Part shown: positions 47,071-60,300 of the stretch, in pieces
How the letters are laid out: every line of letters starts with the position of its first letter
Numbering within the stretch: the stretch's first letter is position 1
DNA from: Rhodosorus marinus CCMP1338
Taxonomy: Eukaryota; Plantae; Rhodophyta
Direction of reading: 5' to 3'
Length of the DNA: 64,000 bases
Assembly: GCA_029953675.1 (NCBI GenBank)
Contig: JAMWBK010000005.1
Location: forward strand, 1-64,000
Notes under the pieces: generated by a model
Database searches by the model: none
Told to the model about the DNA's origin: nothing
The model's input: the letters and a program-made list of their open reading frames with translations, nothing else
Translations under genes and position numbers: made by a program

Positions 47071-48385
47071 TAGTGATACGCTGCAGTAGGCAGCTGCCCA
47101 GTAAAGTTTACGGTTACGTTAGTCTGAGGTAATTAGACGACGTTTGCCAGCGACGACCAGTGCACGGATCCAGAGGCTGGCCGATAGGCAACCGCTGGAG
47201 GACTTGGCCGAAGGCACAGCGGAAGACACAGCAGGTACTCAAAGGTTTGACGGTCCGATCCAAAAAACGCTCTCTCGAGAGTGTCACCGACAAGCCTTTG
47301 AGGAGCTTACTGGAGATTCAACACTGCACGACCTAGACCGGGCGAGGATCCGATCGGCATCTGGAACGGGGTGCGGGGTCTGGCTACGTGACTGTCCTAG
47401 TACAGGGCCGCGGCAGTTGACGCGAAATGAGATGTTGTGGAGCATGCGGATGCTTCTAGGGCTACCACTACAAGGACTAGGGCGGTCACACACGTGCACA
47501 GTCTGCGGAGCAACCACACGATGTGCGTGGGATCCAGCGGCTGCACCACTGCAGGACCTCATCAGGGATGCGAACCAAGAGGCACGACGAGCTAAAGGTG
47601 GAACTGAGTCGATGGTTACACCTATGGAGTTTCACGGAGATACAAGTAGAGCCTGAGGGGTTCTTTGCTGGGTCTGGAATTCGCCCAGACATCGTTGCAC
47701 GACACCCGACGAGCGGATGCGTGTACGTGGTGGATGTGATGGTGACGTCGCCACTTCAAAGACATCAGTTGAGACATACGAGCTGGAACTGCGGGTATGC
47801 TGCGAAACAGGCCGAACAAGCGAAGGCGTTGCATTATAAGGAAGTGCTGAGGGGGCAAAACCGAGATGTGGTTCTTGTGCCGTTCATTTTTGAGACATTT
47901 GGTCGAATGGGCCAGGCAAGCCTTGAATTTCTTCGAACGGCGAGCGCGCACCTGCATGATCGTGAGTCCCATCTATCGTCGGTGAGGGGTCAACTAAACC
48001 GCATTCTGTGGCAGCACAATGCTGCGCTAGTTGAGCACGCGATCGAGAAAGATCGCGCAGATAGACCGATATTTCCCCTAAGTAGAATTTAGATGAGACT
48101 CCTGGACAGGGAGTCCAGGTTTGGTTAGTGCGTACGTAGTGATCGTGTGATGCGCTACATTAGGTAGCTGCCCAATAAAGGCTACGGGGTTAGACCCCGG
48201 TAGCGGGGTTCCAGTAAGTTTCTCCCTAGATAGGATTAGACGTAGTGTTGCGCTGCAGTAGGCAGCTGCCCAGTAAAGCTTACGGTTACGTTAGTCTGGG
48301 GTTAAACACACATTTTCCCTAGATCTTGATAGAATTAGTGTTGCGCTGCATTAGGCAGTTGCCGAGTAAAGTTTACAGTTACCCT
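47071..48385 (+). mobile_element. A2 tip + telomere remnant, A5 3' part (47135-48190), then stacked A3 and A4 3' UTRs with a telomere remnant (48285-48305)
   Basis: Frames 47144 and 47523 (RPDIV, ETFG, FPLSRI); successive hairpin/ARTAAA/GGTTA units. Confidence 0.85.
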
Positions 48386-51005
48386 GGAATCTTTGCTCGC
48401 TCTGAATACCGAAACACTTAAGCGGCGGTGGGATTCAAGAAAAGCGGCCGACGAGGGCCTCATGTAGATCGTGGCACGTCTTCCTCAGGGCAAGAGCCCA
48501 GGTCCTGGCGGTCTCCGAGCGGAACACCTCCAAGGTGCAACTCAACAGACGCAAGTGGCGTTGATTCGTGTATTGCGACAACTGGCGACCGCTCCTGAGA
48601 AATTTTCCCCGGCTCTGATCCGCGCCCTTCGCAGCAGTCGACTCCTGCCGTTCTCGAAGCCTAACAAGGGTTCAGTGCCGCAGGAACATCCCGGAGTTCG
48701 CCCTATCGGAGTATCAGAAGTTTTGCGCAAGGTAGCAACGCAATGGACTCTTCACGCGGTTATGAACAGGGTGCGTGAGCTGCTGGTGCCCTTACAACTG
48801 GGTATTGGAGTAAGTGGCGGGTGCGAACGCTCACTTCACGCGATCCAGGCCCATTTGTCATGCGAACCCGATTCGGTGATCCTTCGGCTAGACCTGGAGA
48901 ATGCCTTTAATCGCATCGACCGACGCCTTGCCAAGCAACTGGTGGACGAGCACTTGCCGGAGCCTGCACCAGTGTATAGGCTTGGCTATGGAAGCGACAA
49001 CGCGGACTCACCGACGCTCTGTGGCTGGCGATCTTCCCCTGGACAGAACGAAACCGACACCTCTCGCCTGACTCTCCAAGCAGCTACAGGAGTCCAACAG
49101 GGAGATCCACTGGGGCCGGTGCTACATGCACTATCCCTGGCGCCCTTTCTAAGAGCGTTGCGAGCCAAGTTCTCCAACGAAACGATTGTTGCTATCCACG
49201 ACGATATCACGATTGTCGGGTCGCTACAAGCCTTGAAGGCATCCCTGGCATGGGCAAAAACTGTGCTCCCCTCTCTTGGAGCACGCCTGCAACTCGGCAA
49301 GTGCACTGTGTACGGGCGAACACTGACTACCACGCGAGTGGCCAACCATGAGATTCCTGGAGTCCAAGTGACCAGAGACGGAGTCACTATCCACTCGATA
49401 CCGATAGGCAGCCGAGAACATATCGAACAGGAGTGCCGGGGGTTGCAAAATAAGCATGAGAAACTCTTTGAGGAAATTGCCAAGCTCCCACAAACGGAGC
49501 TTACGACGCAAATTGCCCTCTTCAGGTTCTGTGCGGAAACGCGGCTAGACTATGTTCTACGATGCCTCGCATACGAGTTTGGAAGAACTCTGGCACGCGA
49601 GGCGGATGTGATGACCAGATATCATCTGGAAATTCTATTCGGAGGGCTCGCTACGACAGCTGTAGAGGACGACGAGTACGCAGAGCTGATCTCGGACCAA
49701 ATCGCTCTGCCCTGCCGCTGGGGAGGGTTGGGTTTCGCTAATCGAAAGCGCGTCCAACCCATCGCGTTTTACTCGTCATGGAGAAACACCTTCCGGAACA
49801 ATGAAGATGAATGGCCATACCTGACTGAACTAGAGCGGGAAGTTTCGGCAGCACGCTCACCGGACACATACGAGCCGATGGAGCAACGATGGTCGACTGC
49901 ACAGCTGGCGGACCAGATATGTGCATCGTCGCGAGCAATACAACGGACGCTCGGACCAGAAACCCCGCCGCGGATCTTGGCACTGACTACCCTGCAACAA
50001 CCGCGAGAAACATCTCTTCGAAGCGCACCGGGCGAGACTGCAGCTTGGAATAATGGTTCAATACAACAAACCCACTCTCGAGAGGCACACCATTGTGCAT
50101 TCCAAAGGTTGGTCACCAACCCACGAATCTCCCCTGAAAACCGAGCTCGAATACGGTCCGCCGCGGGATCCGGGTCGGGAGTCTGGCTGCGTGAAATACC
50201 AACGCTGACACCGAAAAAAATGAGTGCGGTTGAGATGCAGGTAAACGTTCGACAACTGCTGGGGCTGCCAATTCCGGGATTTCGGACCACCGAGAAGTGC
50301 ACTAGTTGCCGGAGTAAACACGGAAGGACTGTGGTACAACGGTTTCATCACTGCCCAACATCAACTGGACTGTGGCAACGTAGACACGACGAAATCTGCA
50401 GAGAGCTGGCACGGTGGCTAAGGCGATGGAACTTCTTGGACGTGGAGCAAGAACCTGAGGGGTACTTCTAGAACTACGGACTGCGACCTGATATCATTGC
50501 TAGGCATCCGAGGATCAAAAAAAGGTATGCGCTGGATGTGACCGTGGTGTCACCATTACAGGGAAAATATTTGCGGCGGAGCCAAGATAATAGCGGATAC
50601 GCGGCGAGAGCTGCGGAGAAGTGGAAAATCGCTCACTTCAAGGGAAGCGATGATGATCGAGAACCGGATGACAAGTTGTCCCGACAGCGATAGAGACGTT
50701 TGTGCGTGCAGGCCGAATGCTTCAAGGAGTCCCTCCGCGACGGCACCGAACACTCACTACACAGGAGTGGCGAGGCTGAAGAGAACGTGAGATCGCCAGA
50801 TAAACCGGCAACTATGGCGAGGTAACGCAGAGATAACCCAGTAGGCGCTTTGCGCGTGGACCAGTTGGAGAGATCCGCTGGTGCGTGTTTTTTCATCTTT
50901 TGAACGTAGCATGAGACCCCGGTAGCGGGGTTCCAGTAAGTTTCTCCTAAGATAGGATTAGACGTAGTGTTGCGCTTTGCAGTAGGCAGCGGCCGGTAAA
51001 GCTTA
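48385..51005 (+). mobile_element. 5'-truncated A3 ORF2 + 3' UTR, ending at a telomere remnant (51006-51025)
   Basis: 666-aa frame 48471-50471 nearly identical to 31700-33720; indel-rich after 50470. Confidence 0.9.
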
Positions 51006-51025
51006 CGGTTACGTTAGTCTGGGGT

Positions 51026-52780
51026 CGGGAGTCTGGCTGCGAGAACTGCCGACTTTGGAGCCGAAAAAGCTGAGCTCGACGGAAATGCAGGTTAATATCC
51101 GACAACTACCGGGGCTACCGATTCCGGGGCTGCGGACCCAACAGGAGAAGTATGTACTCGATGCCGTGGTAAACACAGTGCAAATGTTTTTCATCCCATT
51201 GCCCCACGTCGAACTGGAGAAAACTGTGGCAACGTAGGCATGAAAGAGATATGCACGGAGATCGCAAGGTGGCTGAACAGGTGGAACTTTCTAGACATCG
51301 AACAGGAGCCAAGAGAAGTACTTTGAAAACTACGGTCTCACATTGGCCATTGACATCATTAAGCTACGCATCCGAGGACGATTGTGCAACGGTACATGCT
51401 AACATGGACCCACAGTGACGGTTGTCTGTCTCCTCTGCAAGGGAAGTATCTGAGGCGTAGTGAGGGGAGGAGAATGGATACACGCAGCCAAGATGTGCAG
51501 AGAGCTGGAAGAAAGCGCACTACAAGGGAGTCGATGACGATAGAGGAAACACCCGGATGACAAGTTCATCCCCAATTGCGGTAGAAAGCTGCGCGTTTGG
51601 GCCGGACGGGAAAGATGGCACAGGAGTTTCTGCGGGACAGCTGCAAACACCTATTGCACACAGGAGTGAGGAGCTGAGCGATGTAAGATCGCAGATCAAC
51701 CGGCAACACTTTGGCGAGAGGTAATGCAGTGAGATAGCTCCTAGGGGCTTATGCGCGTGGGAACCAGTTGGAGAATCCACTGGTCCACTGTTTTTCTTTT
51801 TTAGAACGTAACGCATGAAGACCCTGGTAGCGCGCGGGGTTAGAATAAGATTCCTTGCCCTGGACAGTAGGTAGAAGGGTGGTGCGATACGCTGCAGTAG
51901 GCAGCCTGCCCAGTAAAGGTTACGGCTACGTAAGTCTGGTACTTACTGGGGATCCTACACTGGAAAGATATTGACCGGGCGCGTATCCGGATCGGCAGCC
52001 GTAACAGGATGCTGGGGGTTTATGGCTGCGAGATTTTCCTGGCCTACAGGGCCGAGGGCAGTTAAGAATGTCTTCCAGAGGTGTCGAGATGATCTGCGAG
52101 CATGCGGATGCGCTGTTCCCGGAGCTCTACCTCTACCAGGGGCCTAGAGTCGGACACATACACGCACACGGTTTGTGAACAAGCTTGCACGATCGCAGAG
52201 AGAATTCAACACGTCTGCATCACCGCTAAGAACAGTATCGTCTTTGGAACGCCGCACATGCGAACAAAGCGACATGATGGACTAAAAATGGAGCTGAGCC
52301 GATGGATGCACCTGTGGAATTTTACGGACCTACGAGTGGAGCCGCAAGGGTTCTTTCCCGGGTCAGGTATTCGACCAGATATTGTAGCAAGGCACCCGAC
52401 GAGCGGGCATGTGTACGTGAGTGGACGTAATGGTGACGTCGCCGCTTCAACGTCATCAACTGAGACAAACGAGCTGGAAAAGAAACGGATATTCAGCGGA
52501 GAAAGGGGAGCAAAGCAAAGTCGCACACTACCAGGCGACTGCTCATCTTCATGATCGGGAAACACACCTCTCTCATCGGTAAGAGGTCAGTTGAACCGCG
52601 TTTTATGGCAGCAAAATGCGCAGCTAGTCGAACATGCGATCGAGAAGGACCGGGTAGACCGGAGAATATTTCCTTTAGCTAGATTTAGATGAGACCCCTG
52701 GACAGGGTGTAAGTTTAGAGCGTACATAGTGTTTTAGTAGTGCGCTACGTAGATAGCAGCCGAATAAAGGCTACGGGGTA
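51026..52780 (+). mobile_element. Heavily indel-damaged A3-like (51026-51930) and A5 (51940-52780) 3' fragments
   Basis: Recognisable RLE and 3' UTR pieces with many single-base indels; possibly a low-quality consensus. Confidence 0.7.
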
Positions 52781-53094
52781 AGGTTGGAAAACAATTTTGG
52801 ACGGCTTTGTTTGTGGAAAACAACGGTAAAAAGTTTATAAGCAGTTACAAGTATGATTGTGAGGAAGGTACGCGAGCCGTACCCCGAGCCTCTTGTGATC
52901 CCGGGCCCACACACCTCGGGTACGTGGGAAATGGAGAAGGAGAAAGAGCTGCTGCAACAGCAGCGGCATCAACAGAGATGATTGATTTTTAGGTTAACTT
53001 TGATTGAATATCGGACGATTTACCGGACGAATTGAGCGGAGAGCGCAATCGGACCTGTTTTTGGGAATATTTTCAATCAGATATCCTGTAAATG

Positions 53095-53393
53095 TAACCG
53101 TAAGCTTTACTGGGCAGCTGCCTACTGCAGCGCAACACTACGTCTAATCCTATCTAGGGAGAAACTTACTGGAACCCCGCTACCGGGGTCTCATGCTACA
53201 TTCAAAAGAAAAAACAGGCACCAGCGGATTCTCCAACTGGTCCACTCGCAAAGCGCCTAGTGCGATCTCTGCGTTACCTCGCCATAGTTGCCGGTTTATC
53301 TGGGATCTCACGTCTCTCAGCTCCTCACTCCTGTGCAGCAGGTGTTTGCAGCTGTCGCGGAGGATTTCTTGTGCCATTTGCCCCGTACGCCAC
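53095..53393 (-). mobile_element. A3 3' fragment in opposite orientation
   Basis: Reverse complement of the A3 3' end; GTAACCGTAAGCTTTACTGGGCAGC junction. Confidence 0.85.
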
Positions 53394-55393
53394 ACCTTTA
53401 CAATCGAATACCGGAAGGGGACGGAAAATATAGCGGATGCGTTGAGTCGTCATGCCATCCAACAATTGGCCGTATCTGAAGTTGTCAGCCAACAAGAATG
53501 GGCATCGGCCTACCTACGTGATCCAGAGTTCAGCCGCATTTACGAACACCCCGAACAATACCGACAACAAGGCTTCATCCGACGGAAAGATAGCCTGTAC
53601 CTATATAACCGGCTCTGCGTACCAGAGAGTGTCGTACCGGACCTCTTACGAAGCTATCACGATGAACCTACGGGTGGCCACTTTGGCGTTACAAAAACCA
53701 GGAACCTGTTGAAAAGGAAGTACTACTGGTCAACCATGAAAGGAGATATAGAAGAATTGGTTAAATCTCGCGAGATTTGTCAGCGGCAAAAACCAATACG
53801 AACTGCAGCAGGAACATTACAACCACTACCAATTCCCGACGGGAAATTTCAATCCGTATCGATGGATTTTATTACTAACCTACCTGTGACATCGGACGGG
53901 TTCGACGCGATCTTCGTGGATCGTCGATCGGTTCACCAAAGTATGCCCGTTTCCTACCGACAAGGACAACCGCGACGGCGCACGAAACAGCACGGCTCTT
54001 TCTCCATCATTGGGTTCGGTTCGCGGGAGTCCCTAGCGATATCACTTCAGATCGGGACACGCGATTCACGGGACTTTTCTGGAAGGAGCTGTTGAAGTTA
54101 ATGGGGGTCAAGCAAAACTTAAGCACTGCATACCATCCCCAAACGGATGGACAGACGGAGAGGACAAATCAAACCCTAGAGACGTACCTGAGATGTACGT
54201 CATCCCGACCACAACTAAGGTTACTGCGCCAGAAGCCTCCGAACTATTCCTACGCCATTGGATCCGTTTCGCAGGGGTGCCAAAAGACATCATCTCGGAT
54301 CGCGACTCACGTTTTTACTGGCATCTTCTGGAACCATTTAATGACGCTCCTGCAGGTAAAACAAAAAGCTGAGTACTGCCTACCATCCACAATCAGACGG
54401 ACAAACAGAAAGAACGAACCAGACCTTGGAAACGTACCTGCGATGTAATTCAACAACCACAACTTGGGCGGACGACCTTCCTACGGCAGAGCTGGCCTAC
54501 AACTGCCAAGTTTCAGAGTCTACAAAGTTTTCCCCCTTCGAGTTGCTTTACGGAAGGAACCCGACTTTACCTCCCGATCTTACAGTCCCCGATGCTAGCG
54601 GCTCTTCATTGTCTTTACCTGAAGCCGCAACCATTATGTTACAACGACAACAAGACCAACGAGACCTAGCCCGCGCCAACCTACGATATGCCCAAGAACG
54701 CCAACGCTTCTATTATGATCGAGGCAGGAAAGACGTTCAGTTTCAAACCGGCGACTTTGTGCTACTATCTACGCGGAATCTACAATTACCAGATTCAAAG
54801 GTTTTTCGACCCAGATATGTCGGACCGTTTCAAATTCTACGCAAAATTGGTAACGTTGCATATAAGCTGGAGCTCACGGGAGGATTCTCAGGTGCATGAT
54901 GTTTTTCATGTATCACTATTACGAAAGTTCAATGGACCTGAACCTGAAGGCTCGCGCGTAGTTCCTGTACTACAACCAGTAGTACCACAACGGGAAGTGA
55001 AGTCTGTATTGGGACATCGTCTAGATGAAAAGGGCCTGAATAAATACTTCGTTTACTTTGAAGGCGAAACAACGGACGATTTGAGATGGTTACCCTACCA
55101 TCAACTACCGCAGAACCAGAATACCAAGAAACGAATTCGGTATTATACAAACCTCCACAAGGCAGCTTCTTCTTCCACCGGATAGTTCTTTCTTGCAGTG
55201 GGGAGGAGTTGTGACGTGCTGACATGACATCTGGCTAAACATATTGGTGAGCTAAAAAATAGCCACCATGGGTACAAATTATAGTGTACGTCTATGATGC
55301 GCCCAGTGGACAAGATATTGTACGGACAGGGCTAATAATAGTAGTCTAAAAGGGAATTTGAACTATTTTGGATCACCAACACGCGTTAGTACA
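53394..55393 (+). mobile_element. Ty3/gypsy (chromovirus-like) pol remnant: RNase H end, integrase, GPY/F module, chromodomain-like tail, PPT and probable 3' LTR
   Basis: IEYRKG..N.ADALSR; H..GHFG..KT; SMDFITNLP; STAYHPQTDGQTERTN; YVGPFQI..KIGNVAYKLEL; EV..VLGHR...Y.V.FEG...W. PPT GGGGAGGAG at 55200-55208, TGT at 55210, candidate ACA end at 55393. Confidence 0.88.
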
Positions 55394-55955
55394 GAAAGGT
55401 GCTCGAACCCGCCGCCATACACGGATCTTGAACCTGTTATACCGGGAACTTCGGCCTATAGTCCGGCAAGCCGGTCTGGAAATCGAACGTGAGAAACCTT
55501 TACCCGTCGCGGACTTTCAAAATGATGAACGCCGTGTAGCCGACCTGGTGATAACCTGTGACGACAGCCGCCGTACCACATACGTTGATCTTGCTGTTCC
55601 TAACCCTCGAGCTAGTCGTTATCTCCCGGCTGCGGGGAGCGCCGTGGATCTGCCGCCGCCAGCATGAGACGCCGCAAAGAGATCAAATACGCGGGGGCTT
55701 TGTCTTCCCCTGGTGTTCGTGCTTCGGCACTAGCACATCGCTTGGTACCTCATGGACTCCGTTGGCTCTCGCTGGCTTCGGGAGTTGTTCCGCGAACGCC
55801 CTGACCATCTTCAATCGTTGTTTACCCGCTTGAGTTTCCTACTGTGGCGCATGAATGCCTCTTTGATGTTGGAGGCGCGAGCTCTTCGCCGCACTTAGTC
55901 TTTTTTTCCCTCGGGGTTTTTTTTCAGCCTCCGATTAAACCATTCGTTCATTCGT
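55394..55955 (+). mobile_element. Family C 3' fragment (frameshifted)
   Basis: RHTRILNLLY..ADLVITCDD and 3' UTR/tail. Confidence 0.85.
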
Positions 55956-56072
55956 TGTAATATGGGCGTTCTATCTGGTGTCAGGAAATTTCCTATAGAA
56001 TTTTCCAACAAATGCGATTTACTAGTTTTGCCAGAGAAGCTCCATAGCTTCTCTTTCTGAGAGGAGACATGA

Positions 56073-56697
56073 ATGAATGAATGAATGGTTTAATCGGAGG
56101 CTGAAAAAAAAAAAACCCCGAGGGGAAAAAAAGACTAAGCGCGGCGAAGTACTCGCGCCTCCAACATCAAAGCGGCATTCATGCGCCACAGCAGGAAACT
56201 TAAGCGGGTAAACAACGATTGAAGACGGTCAGGGCGTTCGCGGAACAACTCCCGAAGCCAGCGAGAACCAACAGAGTCCATGAACCCAAAGCACTCAATG
56301 ATCAGGGGTACCAAGCGATGTGCTAGTGCCGAAGCACGAACACCAGGGGAAGACAAAGCCCCCGCGTATTTGATCTCTTTGCGGCGTCTCATGCTGGCGG
56401 CGGCAGATCCACGGCGCTCCCCCGCAGCCGGGAGATAACGACTAGCTTGAGGGTTGGGAACAGCAAGATCAACGTATGTGGTACGGCGGCTGTCGTCACA
56501 GGTGATCACCAGGTCGGCTACACGGCGTTCATCATTTTGAAAGTCCGCGACGGGTAAAGGTTTCTCACGTTCGATTTCCAGACCGGCTTGCCGGACTATA
56601 GGCCGAAGTTCCCGGTATAACAGGTTCAAGATCCGTGTGTGGCGGCGGGTTCGAGCACCTTTCACCGCCGGGCAACTAGCGAGCAGGTGGGCGCCAA
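56073..56697 (-). mobile_element. Family C 5'-truncated copy with ~12-bp TSD
   Basis: GAGGAGACATGA (56061-56072) and GAGGTGACATGA (56698-56709); (ATTC)4 tail. Confidence 0.88.
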
Positions 56698-57065
56698 GAG
56701 GTGACATGAGCGCAAGTTTTCCAGGCAACCGCGTTCTATTCATTCATAATGCCGGAACAGAATATTTCCTAGTTTGATTGCGCCTGACTGTCGCGGCGCT
56801 TAATCGTTTTTCCAAACAGGGTTTATTTAATTTTTCTGAAAGAAAATTTTCATTTCTATCACTATCTGGGGAAGGCTTCTGGGTGGTGCGCACTACGCAT
56901 CGCAGAATCTTAGTTGAGAATTTGAGAGTATGTTCCGCCCTTCACATCATCATGGCACTCAGCCTGCGTTGCTCATTTCTCGCGATAAGCGGATTTTGGA
57001 ATCAGAAAGGTTCCAAATGATGTGGTGGTCGACTCCTTGGATGGTCTTTAGTCCTTGGATAGCTG

Positions 57066-57112
57066 GGCTTTACTGGACTCTACTGGACTTTACTGGGCTT
57101 TACTAGCATAGC
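57066..57112 (-). repeat. Family B tail remnant (four degenerate AGTAAAGTCC units)
   Basis: CTGGGCTTTACTGGACTCTACTGGACTTTACTGGGCTTTACTAGCATAGC. Confidence 0.75.
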
Positions 57113-57368
57113 TAGCACAACCACCACCAAAACACCTCGGTTAGCTCAACGAGGTAGTTGAAGACCTATATAGGTCAAGCAAAAAGTAGCTGGAGGTTTG
57201 AAGGGAACAAATCAGAGCGAGCAATGAAAAGGTTACTTGTTGCGATTTGCAAGCGTCCGTCTACGATAATTCGCTGATAATTGAGTGCTTCGGACTTCTG
57301 GAATCTGTGGGTTCTGGTTCGCTTTTGGATCTGGGAACGCCCTGGCCGTCTTTCCTCGTTCAACCAAG

Positions 57369-60300
57369 ATGAATCGAACATTTACGGTGATTGGGTGTAT
57401 AACCCTAGCAATATTTCTCTGCGTCGGAGGAGTGAGAGCTGATGCTGAGAGCGTGTGTGATGGATGGGGATTCTCTAATACGACTTGTTTGATGGTTCAG
57501 GATGTGAGTTCTGGTTACGTGGATGGTGTTGAGAACGGAACGTTTGCAATCTATGCACCGTTCTTCTACGTGATGGACTTCACCGCGGATACGACGGACA
57601 CGACAGAATTGTTTGGAACTGAGCAGGATATCCTATTACACGCGTACTACGTTCTAATCAAGGGCGCGGCTGGGGCAGCTGCTGCAATGCGGGGTACGAA
57701 CGTGACGATTGTGGCGAATATCATTGAGATCCAGAGCGATGGAGATTTTGAGATCAACCTGAAGGCAACGGAGGTCACGATCCCTCCTCCAAGCGCACCA
57801 GCGACACCCGAGACCCTCGATCCGATGCAGAGGACGAAAGACCCCAATACGTTTCGGGGTGGTGACATGGGTACCATGGGAAGTTGGGGAGCCACCGGCA
57901 GCCAGGGCAACCAGGGGGGAAGCTTTACCATGGTCGCAAAGTACGTGAACATCGAGAGCCTAGTCGAGGGAGGATATACCATGACCATAAGAACTGATGG
58001 AAGCGACGGTGGTACCGGTGGATATGGTGGAGACGGAGGTAACGCGCAGATGCCTATCGATGGAATGGCGTGTGGCAAGAAGAACAGCTGGGTGGGTGGG
58101 AAGTGCAAGGATTCTTGGTGTAACGAGTGTCCAACGGGTACCATGAACGGCGATAAGAAGCCCTGTCTGTACTATCAGCCGGGTTACCCGCAGCCGGGCG
58201 GCCAGGCAGGACATGGAGGAACTGGAGGAGCTGGTGGGCTGGCAGGCACCGTACATATCTACTCGAGCGTTGTTATCGGAGGCGAGGAAGAGAACGGGCT
58301 TAGCAATGAGGCGGCGGCTGCATACTTCAATGGGGAATCCAATTCCGGGGGAGGGGGACCAGGCGGGGAGCCAGGAAATCCCGGATTAGGGGGTCAGCTC
58401 ACGGTGAATTGCTACACGAGAACATGGCAGAAGAACTATATCCTGAACACGAACTACTACGAAACAGTTTCGTCAGGATATCCGCTTGTCGGCGATGTTG
58501 GACTGACCAACCACGCCGGAAAAAGTGGAGAGGAGTCTCACGACCCGCTACAGATGTCATTCCGAGCGACAATCGGCGCTGAAGTCGAGGAGTGGGACAC
58601 CAATGAGTACGACGATCCGCGATCCTTTGCGTTCGAAAACTTTCCGCAGCCGTTGGCGTACATCGACTACGGTCTCAGCCTCTCGAAGAGGATGCTGGAT
58701 ATTATGTTCTTTAACGATGATGCTGAAGAAAACCAAAACGCGTACACCGTAATTCTCTTGTCGGTTTCCGATATGCTCTACAATGCTCAGCTAGTTGCCA
58801 ATCGGACTTCAGACGAGACGGAGAAAGCCAAGTACACCTCGCTAGCTGGAAAGGCGATTTCTATTATCAAGGCGGCGAATCCGTTGACCACCTCCTCGGG
58901 TACGAATGCCAACCAGGTCAGCGTCATGAGCTTTGAGTACCTGCTCGACTACCTTGAAACACAGCGCCAGCTCGGAGAATCCTTGGAGTACTACTACGAC
59001 GCCTACCGAAGCAGCGTCGAGGATTCGGAAGCTTCCATGGAGCTCCTCTCCAATGCGACGAGCAACGCGCAGACGGGTATCGCCACGCAGTTGGCCAAGC
59101 AGCAGGCTCTGATGGAGGAGATCATGGAGGTGAACCGGTCGATGTCGGTAGCTGATCAGAATATTTGGAAGTACCAGAGCACCATGGAGTTGCAGCAGGG
59201 TGAGATGGATGAGTGCTGGCGTAAGGTCGAAAAGCGTGCCAAGTTCGAAAAGGTGATGCAGTTTGTGAGCTTTCTTTGCTGGCGTCTTTGACGCGGCATT
59301 CGCAGTGACCAAAGTGTTGTCCAAGGCCGGCGGTTGGACCAAGAGTGATTCGCTCTCAGATACAACGAAGGCGGTGTTCTCCGGCATTGATGGCTGGAGC
59401 GGTGCCAAGTTTTCTATGATACCTTCGCTGACGAATGACATGGTGGACTTCTTCCCTTCGCCTGGAGAAAGCGCCGACTGGTCAGGGTACGAAGTGAGCT
59501 ACGACGCGATCATGGCCGACATTGGACTTCTTACGGAGGGAACAGAGACCCTCGCGGATCCGCTGGAGAGCGTCTACAGTGCGGACGACTACGACGAGGC
59601 CGTGGCGCTAGCTGCTCAAGTTAGCGATGTTCAGACCTCTGCCAGTAGTGCGATGGTGGCACTTGACCGACAAGAGCTTCAAGACTACGTGGGGTACATG
59701 AAAAAGGAGTGCTACACCTCGGCGACTACATTCCTTCGGGCATTCGATGGGCTGGAGATGTGGGTCAACCAAAAGAACGACCTCATCGCGCTTTACTCCT
59801 CCTATATGAGCTACCTCAAGCAGGTCACGGCAACGAAGCTCTACCTCCAGAACGTCGTGGCTGCACTGGCGGTCGAGATGAAGAACAACATGATAAATCC
59901 CGCCGCACCCGCTGTTAAGGTCGCTCACCAGACCAACTACAACCTTCTGATAGCCGATTTTCACCGAGATCTTGAGGCCGTCTTCACCGCGAGGAACTAT
60001 CTCATGATGGGCTCGATGTCGTCAGTAGATACCATCAGCCTCGCAGACTGCGAGTGGGAAACTTCCCTTCTGGACACATCAGGGAGCCTATACTTCAGCT
60101 GTGCATCAGACGCGATCATTCAACTGCGTAAGTCACTCAAGAGTTGGTACGAGACCTCCTATACGAAAAACCAACTGATGGAGTATGGCACCTTCTGGGG
60201 CCCTTACAATATCAAGGCGGAGACAGTAGGAGAGGATAACTGGGCGGAGTTTCTGGAGACGGGGTCCATCAATTTCTGCGTTGACCCATCGGATCCAGCT

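Noticed and set aside
57130-57205. Second tRNA (GGTTAGCTCAA..GGTAG)
   Set aside because: A-box-like only; no anticodon arm, T-arm or acceptor pairing.
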